From assembly GCA_034433165.1 (NCBI GenBank), contig DAOUAP010000035.1:17619-81618 (forward strand): DNA of 64,000 bases. The letters are read 5' to 3'. A program made the translations under genes and the position numbers. The notes beneath the pieces are model-generated. The model made no database searches. It saw only the letters and a list, made by a program, of their open reading frames with translations, and was not told the origin of the DNA. Of the stretch, positions 7,965-19,698 are shown one piece after another (position 1 is the stretch's first letter; every line of letters begins with the position of its first letter). Origin of the DNA: Anaerolineales bacterium. GTDB lineage: Bacteria > Chloroflexota > Anaerolineae > Anaerolineales > Villigracilaceae.

Positions 7965-10900
7965 TTAGTTCTCCGAAATGGGGACAGTGAAATGAAAAGC
8001 TGTGCCTTTTCCCTTTTCACTTTCGAACCAGATCATGCCGCCCTGCATTTCCACAAGGCTCTTGGTGATGTTCAGCCCCAGCCCGGTGCCAGTGGCCATT
8101 TCTTTCGAGTATTCGGTGCGGAAGTATTGCTGGAAAATGTTCTTCTGGTCTTCGGGGCTGATACCAATGCCGGTATCGCGCACCCATACGTGAACAACTT
8201 CCGAAGGCCCGTTTTGGTCCCAGAGGTTGTCTGTTTTTTGCGCCCCAATGGTGATGCGCCCCTGGGCCGGGGTGTATTTGTGGGCATTGCTTACCAGGTT
8301 AACCATCACCTGGATGACGCGGTTGCGATCGGCCCATATTTTTGGCAACGATGCCGCCACCTCGAGCTGTACGGTCTGCTGCTTGTCGTCAATCTGGTGC
8401 TTGGTCGAGCGGATGACGTCTTCCACGATCTCGGCAATATCGACCGATTTGAAATCCAGCTTAAGTTTGCCAGCTTCGATCTTGCTCAGGTCGCTCAGGT
8501 CAGAAACGATGGTGTTCATGCGGTCCACGTTGCTGCGCACCGTGGAAAGGAACTTGACCTGATTCTCGTTGACCGGGCCAGCCATGCCGCCAATAACCAG
8601 TTCAGTATAGCCCTTAATGCTGGCCATGGGATTCTTTAGTTCGTGCGCCACAAAAGAGACGAACTGACTTTTGGCATTGTTTGCATTCTGAACCTGGGCA
8701 TACAACTGCGAGTTGGAAAGCGCAATGGCTGCATGGTCTGAAAGGCGGCTCAAGAAATCTTGCGCTTCGGCTTGCAGCGCATCGGCAGACAGGCTCTCGA
8801 GCAGAAACAACCCAATAACCTGGGATTCGCGCCGAATGGGGACGGCCAGTTGGGCGCGTGCGCCGCACAGGAAGGACCGGTCAGTCTCATTGCCATCCAT
8901 GGCGAAGCGCAACGGCTGGCCATTGGCCAACACATCGCGCAGGGCGGGGTGCGCCGCCGGGACAAGGCTGTTTTGGAGCTTTTCAAATGTCTCGCCCAGC
9001 CCATGTTCAGCGATCATCTGAAGCCCATCCTCATGCACAACGCCAATAAAACCAGCGTGCGCCTTGGATTGACGCATGGCCCACTCAAGCGTAATGCGCA
9101 TGGCGCGGTTAACTTCCAGGCTGGCGTTCAGTTCACGGTCGATGCGCTGCATTACCGAAAGTTCCTCCACACGGGCGGCCAGTTCCTGGTCTGTGAGGGT
9201 GTAAAGGCGCGCATTTTCAATGGCAACCGCCGCCTGCCCGGCGAAAGCGGTTAGCAGGGTTTCGTCTTCGGCGATAAATGGCAAGCCGCCGCGCTTGTTG
9301 ATGATTTCGATGACACCGATGATGCGCTCTTTGACTTCCATGGGTACGGCCAGCAGGGCGCGAGTCTGGAAACCGGTTTGCCGGTCTGGGCTGGAATTCC
9401 ACTGGATGGAATTTTGCGCTTCATTGACGATGACAGCCTGGCGGCTGGCGACCACCCGCCCCACCACGCCGGTTCCGGGCGGCAGGCGTTGCCCCACCAG
9501 GTTGCTGGCCACCGGGCCAACGGTAACGCGGAAGACCAGTTCGCCGGTCTGCTCATCGATCAGGAAAAGGCTGCCCGCCTCAGAATCCAGAATGCTTACG
9601 GCGCTGTCGAGGATGCTTTGCAGCAACGGTTCCGGGTCGAGCGTGGAAGCCAGTTGCCGCGCAATAACGTTCAGGGTGCTCAACTGTTGGGCGCGGCGTT
9701 CGGTCTCTTGCAGCAGGCGCGATTTGACAATAGCACCTGCTGCCTGGTCGGCAATCGCTTGCAACAGTTCCATCTGGGCGGAGGTATAGATGACACCCGG
9801 GTTATTGGAGCCTGCACTTAATGCGCCAATGGTATCGGCGCCTGTATTCAGCGGCACCCCTACCCACGCACCAAGACCCTGTCGCGGTGAAACCACACGG
9901 TAAAACTGGCACTCGCGCTGGAAATCTTGCGTGATGATGGGTCTGCGCGCAGTGATGACTTCCTGCTCGAGGGTGGTTTTGGGCGCAATGGCCTTGTTCT
10001 CCAGGGCATCCAGGCGGTCGTTGTCTTCGATACAAAACGCATAATACGTGTAGCCGCCGGTCTTGTTGGCCAGCGCCAAGTGGAAATCGGTGCCGGGGAT
10101 GATCTGCATGGACTGGGCATAGATCAATTCCAGGATGTCATCAAAATTCAGGGTCACATTGATGCCCTGGGCAATGCGCGCCAGCGCGTTCAATTCCTGG
10201 ACGCGCCGCTCCATCGTGTTGATGGTTTGCGACCGGGCCAGGGCAACGGCGGCCTGGTCGGCAAATGAGTCTAAAAACTCCAGGTCTTGTCCGGTATAGC
10301 TTTCACCCGAAAGGCGTTCGCCCATGGCCAACCAGCCAATGAGGCGGTGTGGGCCGGGCAGGGGGATGAACAGGCTGGTTCCCAGCAAGGCGATGCGCGT
10401 ACGCTCGCTCGCCAACTCGGCAGAAACTTGGGTGTCGTCAATGAAAAGCGGGGCATCCTCTTTGCCCAACAGGCGAACCAGGGCGCTGCCAAGCCCAAAA
10501 CGCACGTCGCTGGTGGGGCGGCCGCTTGCATCTGCTGATGCGGCATACTGGTCACTGACCGGGTCGTAAATGTAAATGTGCAAGTGCACAGGCGCAAGCG
10601 CTGCGCCGATGTTCTCTCGCAGGGCTGTGGTAATGCCGTTGGTGGTATTGATTGTGGTTACCGCACGGGCAAATTCTTGCAAACGGCGCTGGTAGGCGCG
10701 CTGCCCGCGGAAGAAAACCGTATCGATCAGTTCCTGCAGGCGCTGGCGCACCGGCAAAAGCAGGAATACCGAATAAAAGACCATCACGGCAATCAGCAAC
10801 GGGCTGTCCACTGCCATAGCCTGGCTGGAAACCAGGTTAAACCCAATAGTCAGGATGATGAACCCGGCGATTGCCATCAGCGAAAGCAAAGCATACAAAG

Positions 10901-11960
10901 CGCCCCGGCTGATGACGTAATCGGTGCGCAGCATGCGATAACGTGTCACGGTGTAGCCGGTCATGATCGGGAAAACAACCACCGAGGCCATCAGCAGGGG
11001 TGTAAATGACTGCTGCCCAAACACATTCAGCATGAACCACACCACCATCGGGCTGAAGCCGAGCGATCCAATTAGAATGGTGTTGGACTGCTGTCTGACG
11101 ATCCGCGAATCGGAAAAAATGCGGCGCTGCACAACAGCCACCAGAAACGCCAGCCCGCCTACCCCGGCCAGCACAAACCCATTGCGCCATGCCGCAGCAT
11201 AAGACAGCGGGTTCTGACGATCTCCCATTACGAACCATGTGCTCAAAATAATGACTGAAGCAATGAGGTACCCCGCCCACGACAGGTAGCGGTTACTGCG
11301 CACCACACGCATTTCCTGTGGAAAGATCATGGCGAGGTGAATAAGCGCCCCACCCAGCAGCGGGATGGCCGCGCTCCAAATGTAGGCAAATACCCCGGTG
11401 CTGACAATATCTGCATAACCGCCTGCAGCAATGGCGACCGAAGCGGCAAACACAGCAAATGCGCGCCCGGCCGGTTCGCTGCGCCGCATGTTCAAAATCC
11501 ACAATCCAGATGCGAGAAAGACCAACCCAATAATAAAAGGCAGGATGAAATATGTCACCTGGGCATCCAGGGTGAAAACACTCAACTGCACCTGGAAAAC
11601 CTGCTGCCCTCCCTGGGGTGTGCGCATGAGTATGGGGATTGTTTCGCCCGGAAAGTAACCCCGTAGCACAGATTGCAGTTGCGCCGGGCTGGAGACTGCC
11701 TGGTCATTGACGGCAAGCACCTGGTAGCCAAACCCGACCCCCTGGCTGGCTAGGTCCCAGCCGGGTGTCGTACCTTGGGGCGTCGCACCATCGACCACAA
11801 GGTTGTAGTTATACAAAGCGCCAGTAAAAGGCGTGGTGACAAATCCCCCCACCAGGAAAATAGTCACCAGCAGGATGATTGCAGCAAGGATCTGATAGGC
11901 AAGTACCAGTCCCAACAAAACCTGGTCGAACGGCGCTCGTTTGTGATCAGGACTGTTCAT
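7965..11960 (-). CDS. sensor histidine kinase: PDZ-like + multi-TM + multiple GAF + HisKA/HATPase_c
   Basis: 1331 aa. PDZ-like GYQVLAVNDQAVSSPAQLQSVL, about 8 TM helices, several GAF-like repeats, H-box SFVAHELKNPMASI, N box NLVSNAHKYT, G boxes DTGIGI and GTGLGLNI. Confidence 0.9.
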   Translation of the reverse strand: MNSPDHKRAPFDQVLLGLVLAYQILAAIILLVTIFLVGGFVTTPFTGALYNYNLVVDGATPQGTTPGWDLASQGVGFGYQVLAVNDQAVSSPAQLQSVLRGYFPGETIPILMRTPQGGQQVFQVQLSVFTLDAQVTYFILPFIIGLVFLASGLWILNMRRSEPAGRAFAVFAASVAIAAGGYADIVSTGVFAYIWSAAIPLLGGALIHLAMIFPQEMRVVRSNRYLSWAGYLIASVIILSTWFVMGDRQNPLSYAAAWRNGFVLAGVGGLAFLVAVVQRRIFSDSRIVRQQSNTILIGSLGFSPMVVWFMLNVFGQQSFTPLLMASVVVFPIMTGYTVTRYRMLRTDYVISRGALYALLSLMAIAGFIILTIGFNLVSSQAMAVDSPLLIAVMVFYSVFLLLPVRQRLQELIDTVFFRGQRAYQRRLQEFARAVTTINTTNGITTALRENIGAALAPVHLHIYIYDPVSDQYAASADASGRPTSDVRFGLGSALVRLLGKEDAPLFIDDTQVSAELASERTRIALLGTSLFIPLPGPHRLIGWLAMGERLSGESYTGQDLEFLDSFADQAAVALARSQTINTMERRVQELNALARIAQGINVTLNFDDILELIYAQSMQIIPGTDFHLALANKTGGYTYYAFCIEDNDRLDALENKAIAPKTTLEQEVITARRPIITQDFQRECQFYRVVSPRQGLGAWVGVPLNTGADTIGALSAGSNNPGVIYTSAQMELLQAIADQAAGAIVKSRLLQETERRAQQLSTLNVIARQLASTLDPEPLLQSILDSAVSILDSEAGSLFLIDEQTGELVFRVTVGPVASNLVGQRLPPGTGVVGRVVASRQAVIVNEAQNSIQWNSSPDRQTGFQTRALLAVPMEVKERIIGVIEIINKRGGLPFIAEDETLLTAFAGQAAVAIENARLYTLTDQELAARVEELSVMQRIDRELNASLEVNRAMRITLEWAMRQSKAHAGFIGVVHEDGLQMIAEHGLGETFEKLQNSLVPAAHPALRDVLANGQPLRFAMDGNETDRSFLCGARAQLAVPIRRESQVIGLFLLESLSADALQAEAQDFLSRLSDHAAIALSNSQLYAQVQNANNAKSQFVSFVAHELKNPMASIKGYTELVIGGMAGPVNENQVKFLSTVRSNVDRMNTIVSDLSDLSKIEAGKLKLDFKSVDIAEIVEDVIRSTKHQIDDKQQTVQLEVAASLPKIWADRNRVIQVMVNLVSNAHKYTPAQGRITIGAQKTDNLWDQNGPSEVVHVWVRDTGIGISPEDQKNIFQQYFRTEYSKEMATGTGLGLNITKSLVEMQGGMIWFESEKGKGTAFHFTVPISEN

Positions 11961-11989
11961 GTCGCCCTCACCCGTTCTGATGTTGTGCG

Positions 11990-14931
<2,942 letters not shown>

Positions 14932-15037
14932 AATGTGTGATTCTACCACAGCCCCTTTTCGAACTGGTTTCGATGTCATAACAAAGGGTGCGTATAGCGC
15001 ACTTGGCCGTCTGACCCGCAAAAGGTACAATTTTGGC

Positions 15038-15847
15038 ATGACACAACACCGCTACCTGCCCGAAAGCGATCGCGTAAGCGTGCTTGTAGCAGTCATTTTG
15101 CTTGCTTTTGCACTGGTGCGGTTGATCGCGCTGCCAGAGTATCGCCTGGAGGCGCAATGGGGCACCCGTGACCTGGTCTTCACCCTCGACTTTGATGTTA
15201 TTGCCGCCTTCCTGATTGCCGGGCTGACCGCGACCGGGGCCGATTGGCTTTTGCGCAGTCATCCGGCGTTTCGCGGGGCGGCAGTGGAACACTGGCTGCT
15301 GCCGGCCCTTACCGCCTGGGCGCTGGGTATTCCACTCACCTCCCTGCCGGTAGGGCCGGTTTGGTGGGCTGCATTTGCGCTGGCGGGCGCGCTCATTGTG
15401 CTGGTGTTGCTGGCAGAGTATGTAGCCATCGACTCATCCGATTCCCGTTATGGCATTGCCGTGGCCGCCCTGACGGCGCTATCGTTTGCGCTCTTCCTCA
15501 TTCTCACCGTGGCACTGCGCTACACTGGCGCGCGCCTGTTTTTGCAGATCCCTGTGTTGGGAATTTTTGCCGCGCTGGTCAGTTTGCGCACCATGCACCT
15601 GCGCATGGATGGGCGATGGGAATACGGGTGGATGTCTGGAGTCGCCTTGCTGACGATCCAGCTGGGCGCAGCCGGGCATTACCTGCCTATGTCACCCATC
15701 CAATACGGGCTAATGCTGGCCGGTCCTACCTACGCCCTCACTGCCCTGGCGATTAATACCTATGAAGGTATTCCCCAACGCCGCGCTTTTATCGAGTTTG
15801 GGTTCACAGTGGTTCTGGTTGGGGCCCTGGCGTTTTTGATGGGATAA
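15038..15847 (+). CDS. polytopic membrane protein, unknown function
   Basis: The ORF track starts at 14933. I prefer ATG 15038 (MTQHRYLPE...). About 8 hydrophobic helices. Divergent from the previous gene across a 106-bp spacer. Confidence 0.6.
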   Translation: MTQHRYLPESDRVSVLVAVILLAFALVRLIALPEYRLEAQWGTRDLVFTLDFDVIAAFLIAGLTATGADWLLRSHPAFRGAAVEHWLLPALTAWALGIPLTSLPVGPVWWAAFALAGALIVLVLLAEYVAIDSSDSRYGIAVAALTALSFALFLILTVALRYTGARLFLQIPVLGIFAALVSLRTMHLRMDGRWEYGWMSGVALLTIQLGAAGHYLPMSPIQYGLMLAGPTYALTALAINTYEGIPQRRAFIEFGFTVVLVGALAFLMG

Positions 15848-15853
15848 GGATTC

Positions 15854-16261
15854 ATGCAACCCCCGCCCGCTCTGGCAATTCCAACGCCCTGCATGGCAGC
15901 GATGATTGCGCACGTCAGCCGCCTGGCGCCCCTGGAGGCGTGTGGCTTACTCGGCGGGCATGCGCAGCGGGTCGGCTTGGTGCTGCCCGTGGCGAATGCG
16001 CTGGCCAGCCCGGTGCGCTTTCGGATGGATGCCCGTGAGCAGTTGACAGCCATGGAACTCATCGAAGCGCTGGGAATGGACTTGCTCGGCATTTTTCACT
16101 CGCATCCCGAAGGACCGCCTGCGCCTTCAGCAACCGATATTGCCGAGGCGGCCTACCCGGTGGTCAACCTGATCTGGTTTCGCCAGGATCAAGGCTGGCG
16201 CGTGCGCGGCTTTTGGATCAGTGAAGGGGGCTTTCGTGACGTGCCGCTGCATTGGGTGTAA
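15854..16261 (+). CDS. Mov34/MPN/PAD-1 (JAB/JAMM) family metalloprotease
   Basis: JAMM motif EACGLL ... HSHPEGPPAPSATD (E, HxH, S, D). AAGGA lies upstream of the ATG. 135 aa. Confidence 0.8.
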   Translation: MQPPPALAIPTPCMAAMIAHVSRLAPLEACGLLGGHAQRVGLVLPVANALASPVRFRMDAREQLTAMELIEALGMDLLGIFHSHPEGPPAPSATDIAEAAYPVVNLIWFRQDQGWRVRGFWISEGGFRDVPLHWV

Positions 16262-16315
16262 CTTCTGGGATGCTTGTGTGTTTCCAAAGATGACCCAAAA
16301 AGGAGGATTTTGCGG

Positions 16316-17017
16316 ATGCAACTTTTGTTCGATCTCGGATTGGCTGTGCTTGGTTATGTGCTCGGTTCCATCCCGTTCGGGCTGATCATCGTCAAACTGC
16401 GCACAGGCAAGGATATTCGCCAGGTGGAAAGCGGGCGCACAGGCGGCACCAATGCCATGCGGGCTGCCGGTTTTTTTGCCGGGCTGCTGACCGCCATTGC
16501 CGATATTTTGAAAGGCGCAGTGGCTGTCTGGCTGGCGCGCGCATTGGGCGGCAGCGAACTGGCCCAGGTGCTGGCACCGGTGGGTTCCATTTTGGGACAC
16601 AACTACTCCCTGTTCCTCATGGAGCGAGATGGACAGGGGCGCATGCGGTTCCGCGGGGGCGCTGGCGGGGCGCCGTGCCTGGGCGGGGCGCTGGGGCTGT
16701 GGCCGCCAGCCGCGCTCATCATCCTTTTGGTAGGCGTGATCGTGTTCTTCGGCTCAGGGTATGCATCGCTGACCACCATCAGCGTTGGTCTGGCGGCGCT
16801 CATCATTTTTGCCGTACGCGCCGGGCAGGGGCTGGCGCCAGCGTGGTATGTGGTGTATGGGCTGATTGGGTTGGCGCTGCTGGTCTGGGCGCTGCGCCCC
16901 AACATCAGACGTTTGTTTGCGGGGCAAGAGCGCGTGGTGGGCATCAGCCTGCATGGGCGGCTAAAAGCGCGTAAAGCGCAACGCGCCGCCGCAGAAGCCT
17001 TCAAGGAAGTGGAGTAA
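16316..17017 (+). CDS. plsY: glycerol-3-phosphate acyltransferase PlsY
   Basis: GSIPFGLIIVKL..GKDIR..SGRTGGTNAMRA is the PlsY N-terminal signature in a multi-TM protein. ATG 16316 with AGGAGG at 16301-16306 is preferred over the ORF-track start at 16274. Confidence 0.85.
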   Translation: MQLLFDLGLAVLGYVLGSIPFGLIIVKLRTGKDIRQVESGRTGGTNAMRAAGFFAGLLTAIADILKGAVAVWLARALGGSELAQVLAPVGSILGHNYSLFLMERDGQGRMRFRGGAGGAPCLGGALGLWPPAALIILLVGVIVFFGSGYASLTTISVGLAALIIFAVRAGQGLAPAWYVVYGLIGLALLVWALRPNIRRLFAGQERVVGISLHGRLKARKAQRAAAEAFKEVE

Positions 17018-17030
17018 AACCTGGCTAAAC

Positions 17031-17070
17031 AAAAAGACCGGGGTTCAGTTCAACCGAACCCCGGTCTTTT
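17031..17070. terminator. bidirectional intrinsic terminator
   Basis: AGACCGGGGTTC / GAACCCCGGTCT stem flanked by A5 and T4, between convergent plsY and the MBL hydrolase gene. Confidence 0.7.
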
Positions 17071-17958
17071 CTATTCGTCGTTGTCGTCCATGCCTTTCTC
17101 GCTGGCCTGCCTGTAGAGTGCGCGCAGATTGCGCTGGTGCAGGGCTTCGGCCAACCCGCCCAGGTGCACGCGGCTCTTGCCGCATGTTTCAATTCCCACC
17201 TCTTCAAGGTATTCATCCGCAGACTTGCGCCGGATGGCTGTGCGCACCGCCTTTTTGATCGAAGAAATGTACGCCAGGTTTTCCTTCACCGCGCTTTCGA
17301 TCTCGCCGCGCAGGATGATATCGCCATGCCCCTGAACGATATTCTCCAACCCCATGCGCCCAATGCGTTTAATGGAGGCAGTGATCTCATCCACGTTACC
17401 GTCGACAATGTAAGGCAGGGGCATGAATGCATCCCCGGAAAAAAGGATGCGGTCCTCCTCGACAAGCACGGCAATGCCGTCCGGGCTGTGTCCAGGTGCG
17501 GGAAACAGGTTGAGGTTTTTCTTGCCAACCCGCAAGTTCAACTCGCCTTCTTCAAAGGTAAGATGGGGCAAAACGATTTTCACCTGGCGAAAGGCTGTGT
17601 TTTGTTTGCGAGTCGCCTCAAGTGAAGGGATGCCGCGTTCTTTAAGCAACTGGCGGCACAATGAATGTGAAATGATCGTTGCGCCCGGGAAGAAGCAATT
17701 ACCCCAGGTGTGGTCGGCGTGATAGTGGGTATTGATGATGTACCGGATGGGCACACCTAATTCGTGCTCCACATATTCACGGATGGCCAGGGTTTCTTCT
17801 GGCAGGGCCAGGGTATCTATCAAAACCGCCCATTGCGGGCCGGCAATAATGCCAGCAGTAACCTGCGCATACACTTCACTCTGGAACCAAAAAACATTTT
17901 CTGAAACGCGTTCTCGATGCATAAAATCCCTCAGGGTGTGATGGCATAAATCTAGCAT
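17071..17958 (-). CDS. MBL-fold metallo-hydrolase
   Basis: HYHADHTWGN (HxHxDH), later PGHSPDG and GD motifs. 295 aa. An alternative start at M13 is possible. Confidence 0.85.
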   Translation of the reverse strand: MLDLCHHTLRDFMHRERVSENVFWFQSEVYAQVTAGIIAGPQWAVLIDTLALPEETLAIREYVEHELGVPIRYIINTHYHADHTWGNCFFPGATIISHSLCRQLLKERGIPSLEATRKQNTAFRQVKIVLPHLTFEEGELNLRVGKKNLNLFPAPGHSPDGIAVLVEEDRILFSGDAFMPLPYIVDGNVDEITASIKRIGRMGLENIVQGHGDIILRGEIESAVKENLAYISSIKKAVRTAIRRKSADEYLEEVGIETCGKSRVHLGGLAEALHQRNLRALYRQASEKGMDDNDE

Positions 17959-18022
17959 ATTTGCAGATGAAAATCAAGTTTAAGCCCCCTGTCCTTTGAA
18001 ATGAACTTGCATTACGCATTGC

Positions 18023-18051
18023 TTGATTGCCCATTTGAGGCGTGATACACT
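18023..18051 (+). promoter_or_regulatory. sigma70-like promoter with extended -10, implying a near-leaderless transcript
   Basis: TTGATT (18023-18028), a 17-nt spacer ending in TGa, and TACACT (18046-18051). The ATG at 18061 is only 9 nt downstream and has no Shine-Dalgarno sequence. Confidence 0.4.
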
Positions 18052-18060
18052 GTATTTTGT

Positions 18061-19656
18061 ATGAGCGCAGATATCTTGGTCGTTACACCAAAGCCCAACC
18101 TGGGTGACTCCATCCGCAGTATGCTGTCGGGCGGGCGGTTCAACGTTCACATTACCAGTGATTTCAGCCAAGCCATCCGCCTGGTGCGGCAAACAGGCTG
18201 TCTGCTGGCCCTGCTCGATTCCGCGCTGGATGAGGTGGATATTTCGGTGCAGGATGTGGCCTACGCGCTCAAGCAGGTGAACGGGGACATCCACGTCGTC
18301 ATCCTGGCCAACACGTCAGATACACACAGTGCTGCTTCGTACGCTTCATACCCGGTGCTTTCCAAACCCATTCGCCTCGAAGACCTGCAGAGAATTGTCG
18401 CGCAAGTTTTCCCGCCCGAAGCGCCAGCCCCGGCAGCCATCGATACGCCTCCCACCCTCGAAGGCGACCACCCCTGGCTTACGGATGTGCGCCGCGCTGC
18501 ACAGCATCTTACCCGCCTCACGCTCGAATCGTCCGCACAAGCGGCGCTCATCACCAATGATAATGTGCTGTGGGCTTATGCCGGGCAGCTCTCGCAAGCC
18601 GCGGCCAACGAACTCTCGCAAATGGTCCAGCGTTACTGGGACTGGGGCAGCCACAACGACCTGTTGCGTTTTGTGCGCCTGGCCGCCACCGAACAGGCCC
18701 ACATGCTGTACGCCACACGCCTGACCACAACCATGATCCTGGCGCTGGTCTTCGACGGCGAAACGCCCTTCAGCACCATTCGCTCACAGGCGGGGCACCT
18801 GGCCGCATCGCTCGCATCGCAGCCCGACCCCGGCGAGGAGCCAGCCAACGACCTGCACGATGACGCGCGGTCCTTCCCGCACATTGCCACCCTGCTCGAA
18901 AACGTGCCGCCGCCCATCCCCGCGCCAAAGGCTGCGCCCACCCCGCCCCAGGCGGCAGAACCTGTTCCGGTTTCTGCGCACACCATGCGTCACTCGGTGG
19001 AATCGTCACCTTCTCAATTGCGAGGGGAAACAGCGCGCACAGAAATGCCGCCGCCCGCACGCCCGGCTGTGCTCGCTGCCGACCCTGAATCGCTGGCAGA
19101 AACGCGCCGCGCCACCCCGCTCGACGACCTGGCCGTCACCCGCAAGCAAGCTGCACGCCCGCCAGACTCCAGCCCGCAGGAATTGGCTAAAACGCGCCCC
19201 CAGCAGCCCGCTGAAGGGGATGTGCCGGTCAACCGAATCGTGCTCGAACCCGCTTCACCCGCCTTGTACAACTATAACTTCGCCTGCCTGCTCATCCCAC
19301 GTTTCGACACGCACCACCTGGTGGGCGACCTGGCTGACCGCCTGGGTGAGTGGGTTCCGCAGTTGTGTATCGCCTTTGGCTGGCGGCTTGAATACCTGTC
19401 CATTCGCCCAACCTACCTTCAGTGGGTGGTCAACGTACCGCCTTCGGTACCGCCCGGCTCGATCATGAAACAGGTGCGCCAGCACACCTCGGAGCGCATT
19501 TTCAAGGAATTTCCGCGGTTGAAAGATGAAAACCCCTCTGGCGACTACTGGGCGCCTGGCTATCTCATCATGGGGGGCTCCCAGCCACACCCGCCCAGGT
19601 TCGTCAAAGACTTTATTCAGCAAACGCGCCGGCGCCAGGGACTCGGCGAAAAGTAA
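18061..19656 (+). CDS. multidomain protein: receiver-like + Roadblock/LC7-like + Pro-rich linker + degenerate IS200-type Y1 transposase-like domain
   Basis: N-terminal ~115 aa have a receiver pattern (LLALLDS Asp, LSKP Lys-Pro, but VVTPKP instead of the acidic pair). The middle ~150-265 resembles Roadblock/LC7. About 270-400 is Pro/Ala-rich. The C-terminal ~130 aa align by eye to IS200/IS605 TnpA (YNFACLLIPRF, KEFPRLK, YWAPGYLIMGG), with RPTYLQWVV replacing the HUH segment and FVKDFIQQT replacing the catalytic-Tyr helix. Confidence 0.8.
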   Translation: MSADILVVTPKPNLGDSIRSMLSGGRFNVHITSDFSQAIRLVRQTGCLLALLDSALDEVDISVQDVAYALKQVNGDIHVVILANTSDTHSAASYASYPVLSKPIRLEDLQRIVAQVFPPEAPAPAAIDTPPTLEGDHPWLTDVRRAAQHLTRLTLESSAQAALITNDNVLWAYAGQLSQAAANELSQMVQRYWDWGSHNDLLRFVRLAATEQAHMLYATRLTTTMILALVFDGETPFSTIRSQAGHLAASLASQPDPGEEPANDLHDDARSFPHIATLLENVPPPIPAPKAAPTPPQAAEPVPVSAHTMRHSVESSPSQLRGETARTEMPPPARPAVLAADPESLAETRRATPLDDLAVTRKQAARPPDSSPQELAKTRPQQPAEGDVPVNRIVLEPASPALYNYNFACLLIPRFDTHHLVGDLADRLGEWVPQLCIAFGWRLEYLSIRPTYLQWVVNVPPSVPPGSIMKQVRQHTSERIFKEFPRLKDENPSGDYWAPGYLIMGGSQPHPPRFVKDFIQQTRRRQGLGEK

Positions 19657-19698
19657 GCCCAACCGGCGCTCCGGCGACATCCCTTCCCAGGAGCCGCC

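Noticed and set aside
15854-16261. JAB/MPN protease as part of a ubiquitin-like (ThiS/MoaD/CysO) or CBASS/phage-defence module.
   Set aside because: No ubiquitin-like, E1-like, cyclase or effector gene is adjacent. The neighbours are an unknown membrane protein and plsY, so no system can be argued from this window.
18061-19656. Possible IS200/IS605 insertion sequence.
   Set aside because: The Y1 domain is fused in-frame to signalling domains, and the HUH and Tyr residues are substituted. There is no tnpB, no flanking subterminal hairpins and no second copy in the window. I treat it as a domesticated domain, not a mobile element.
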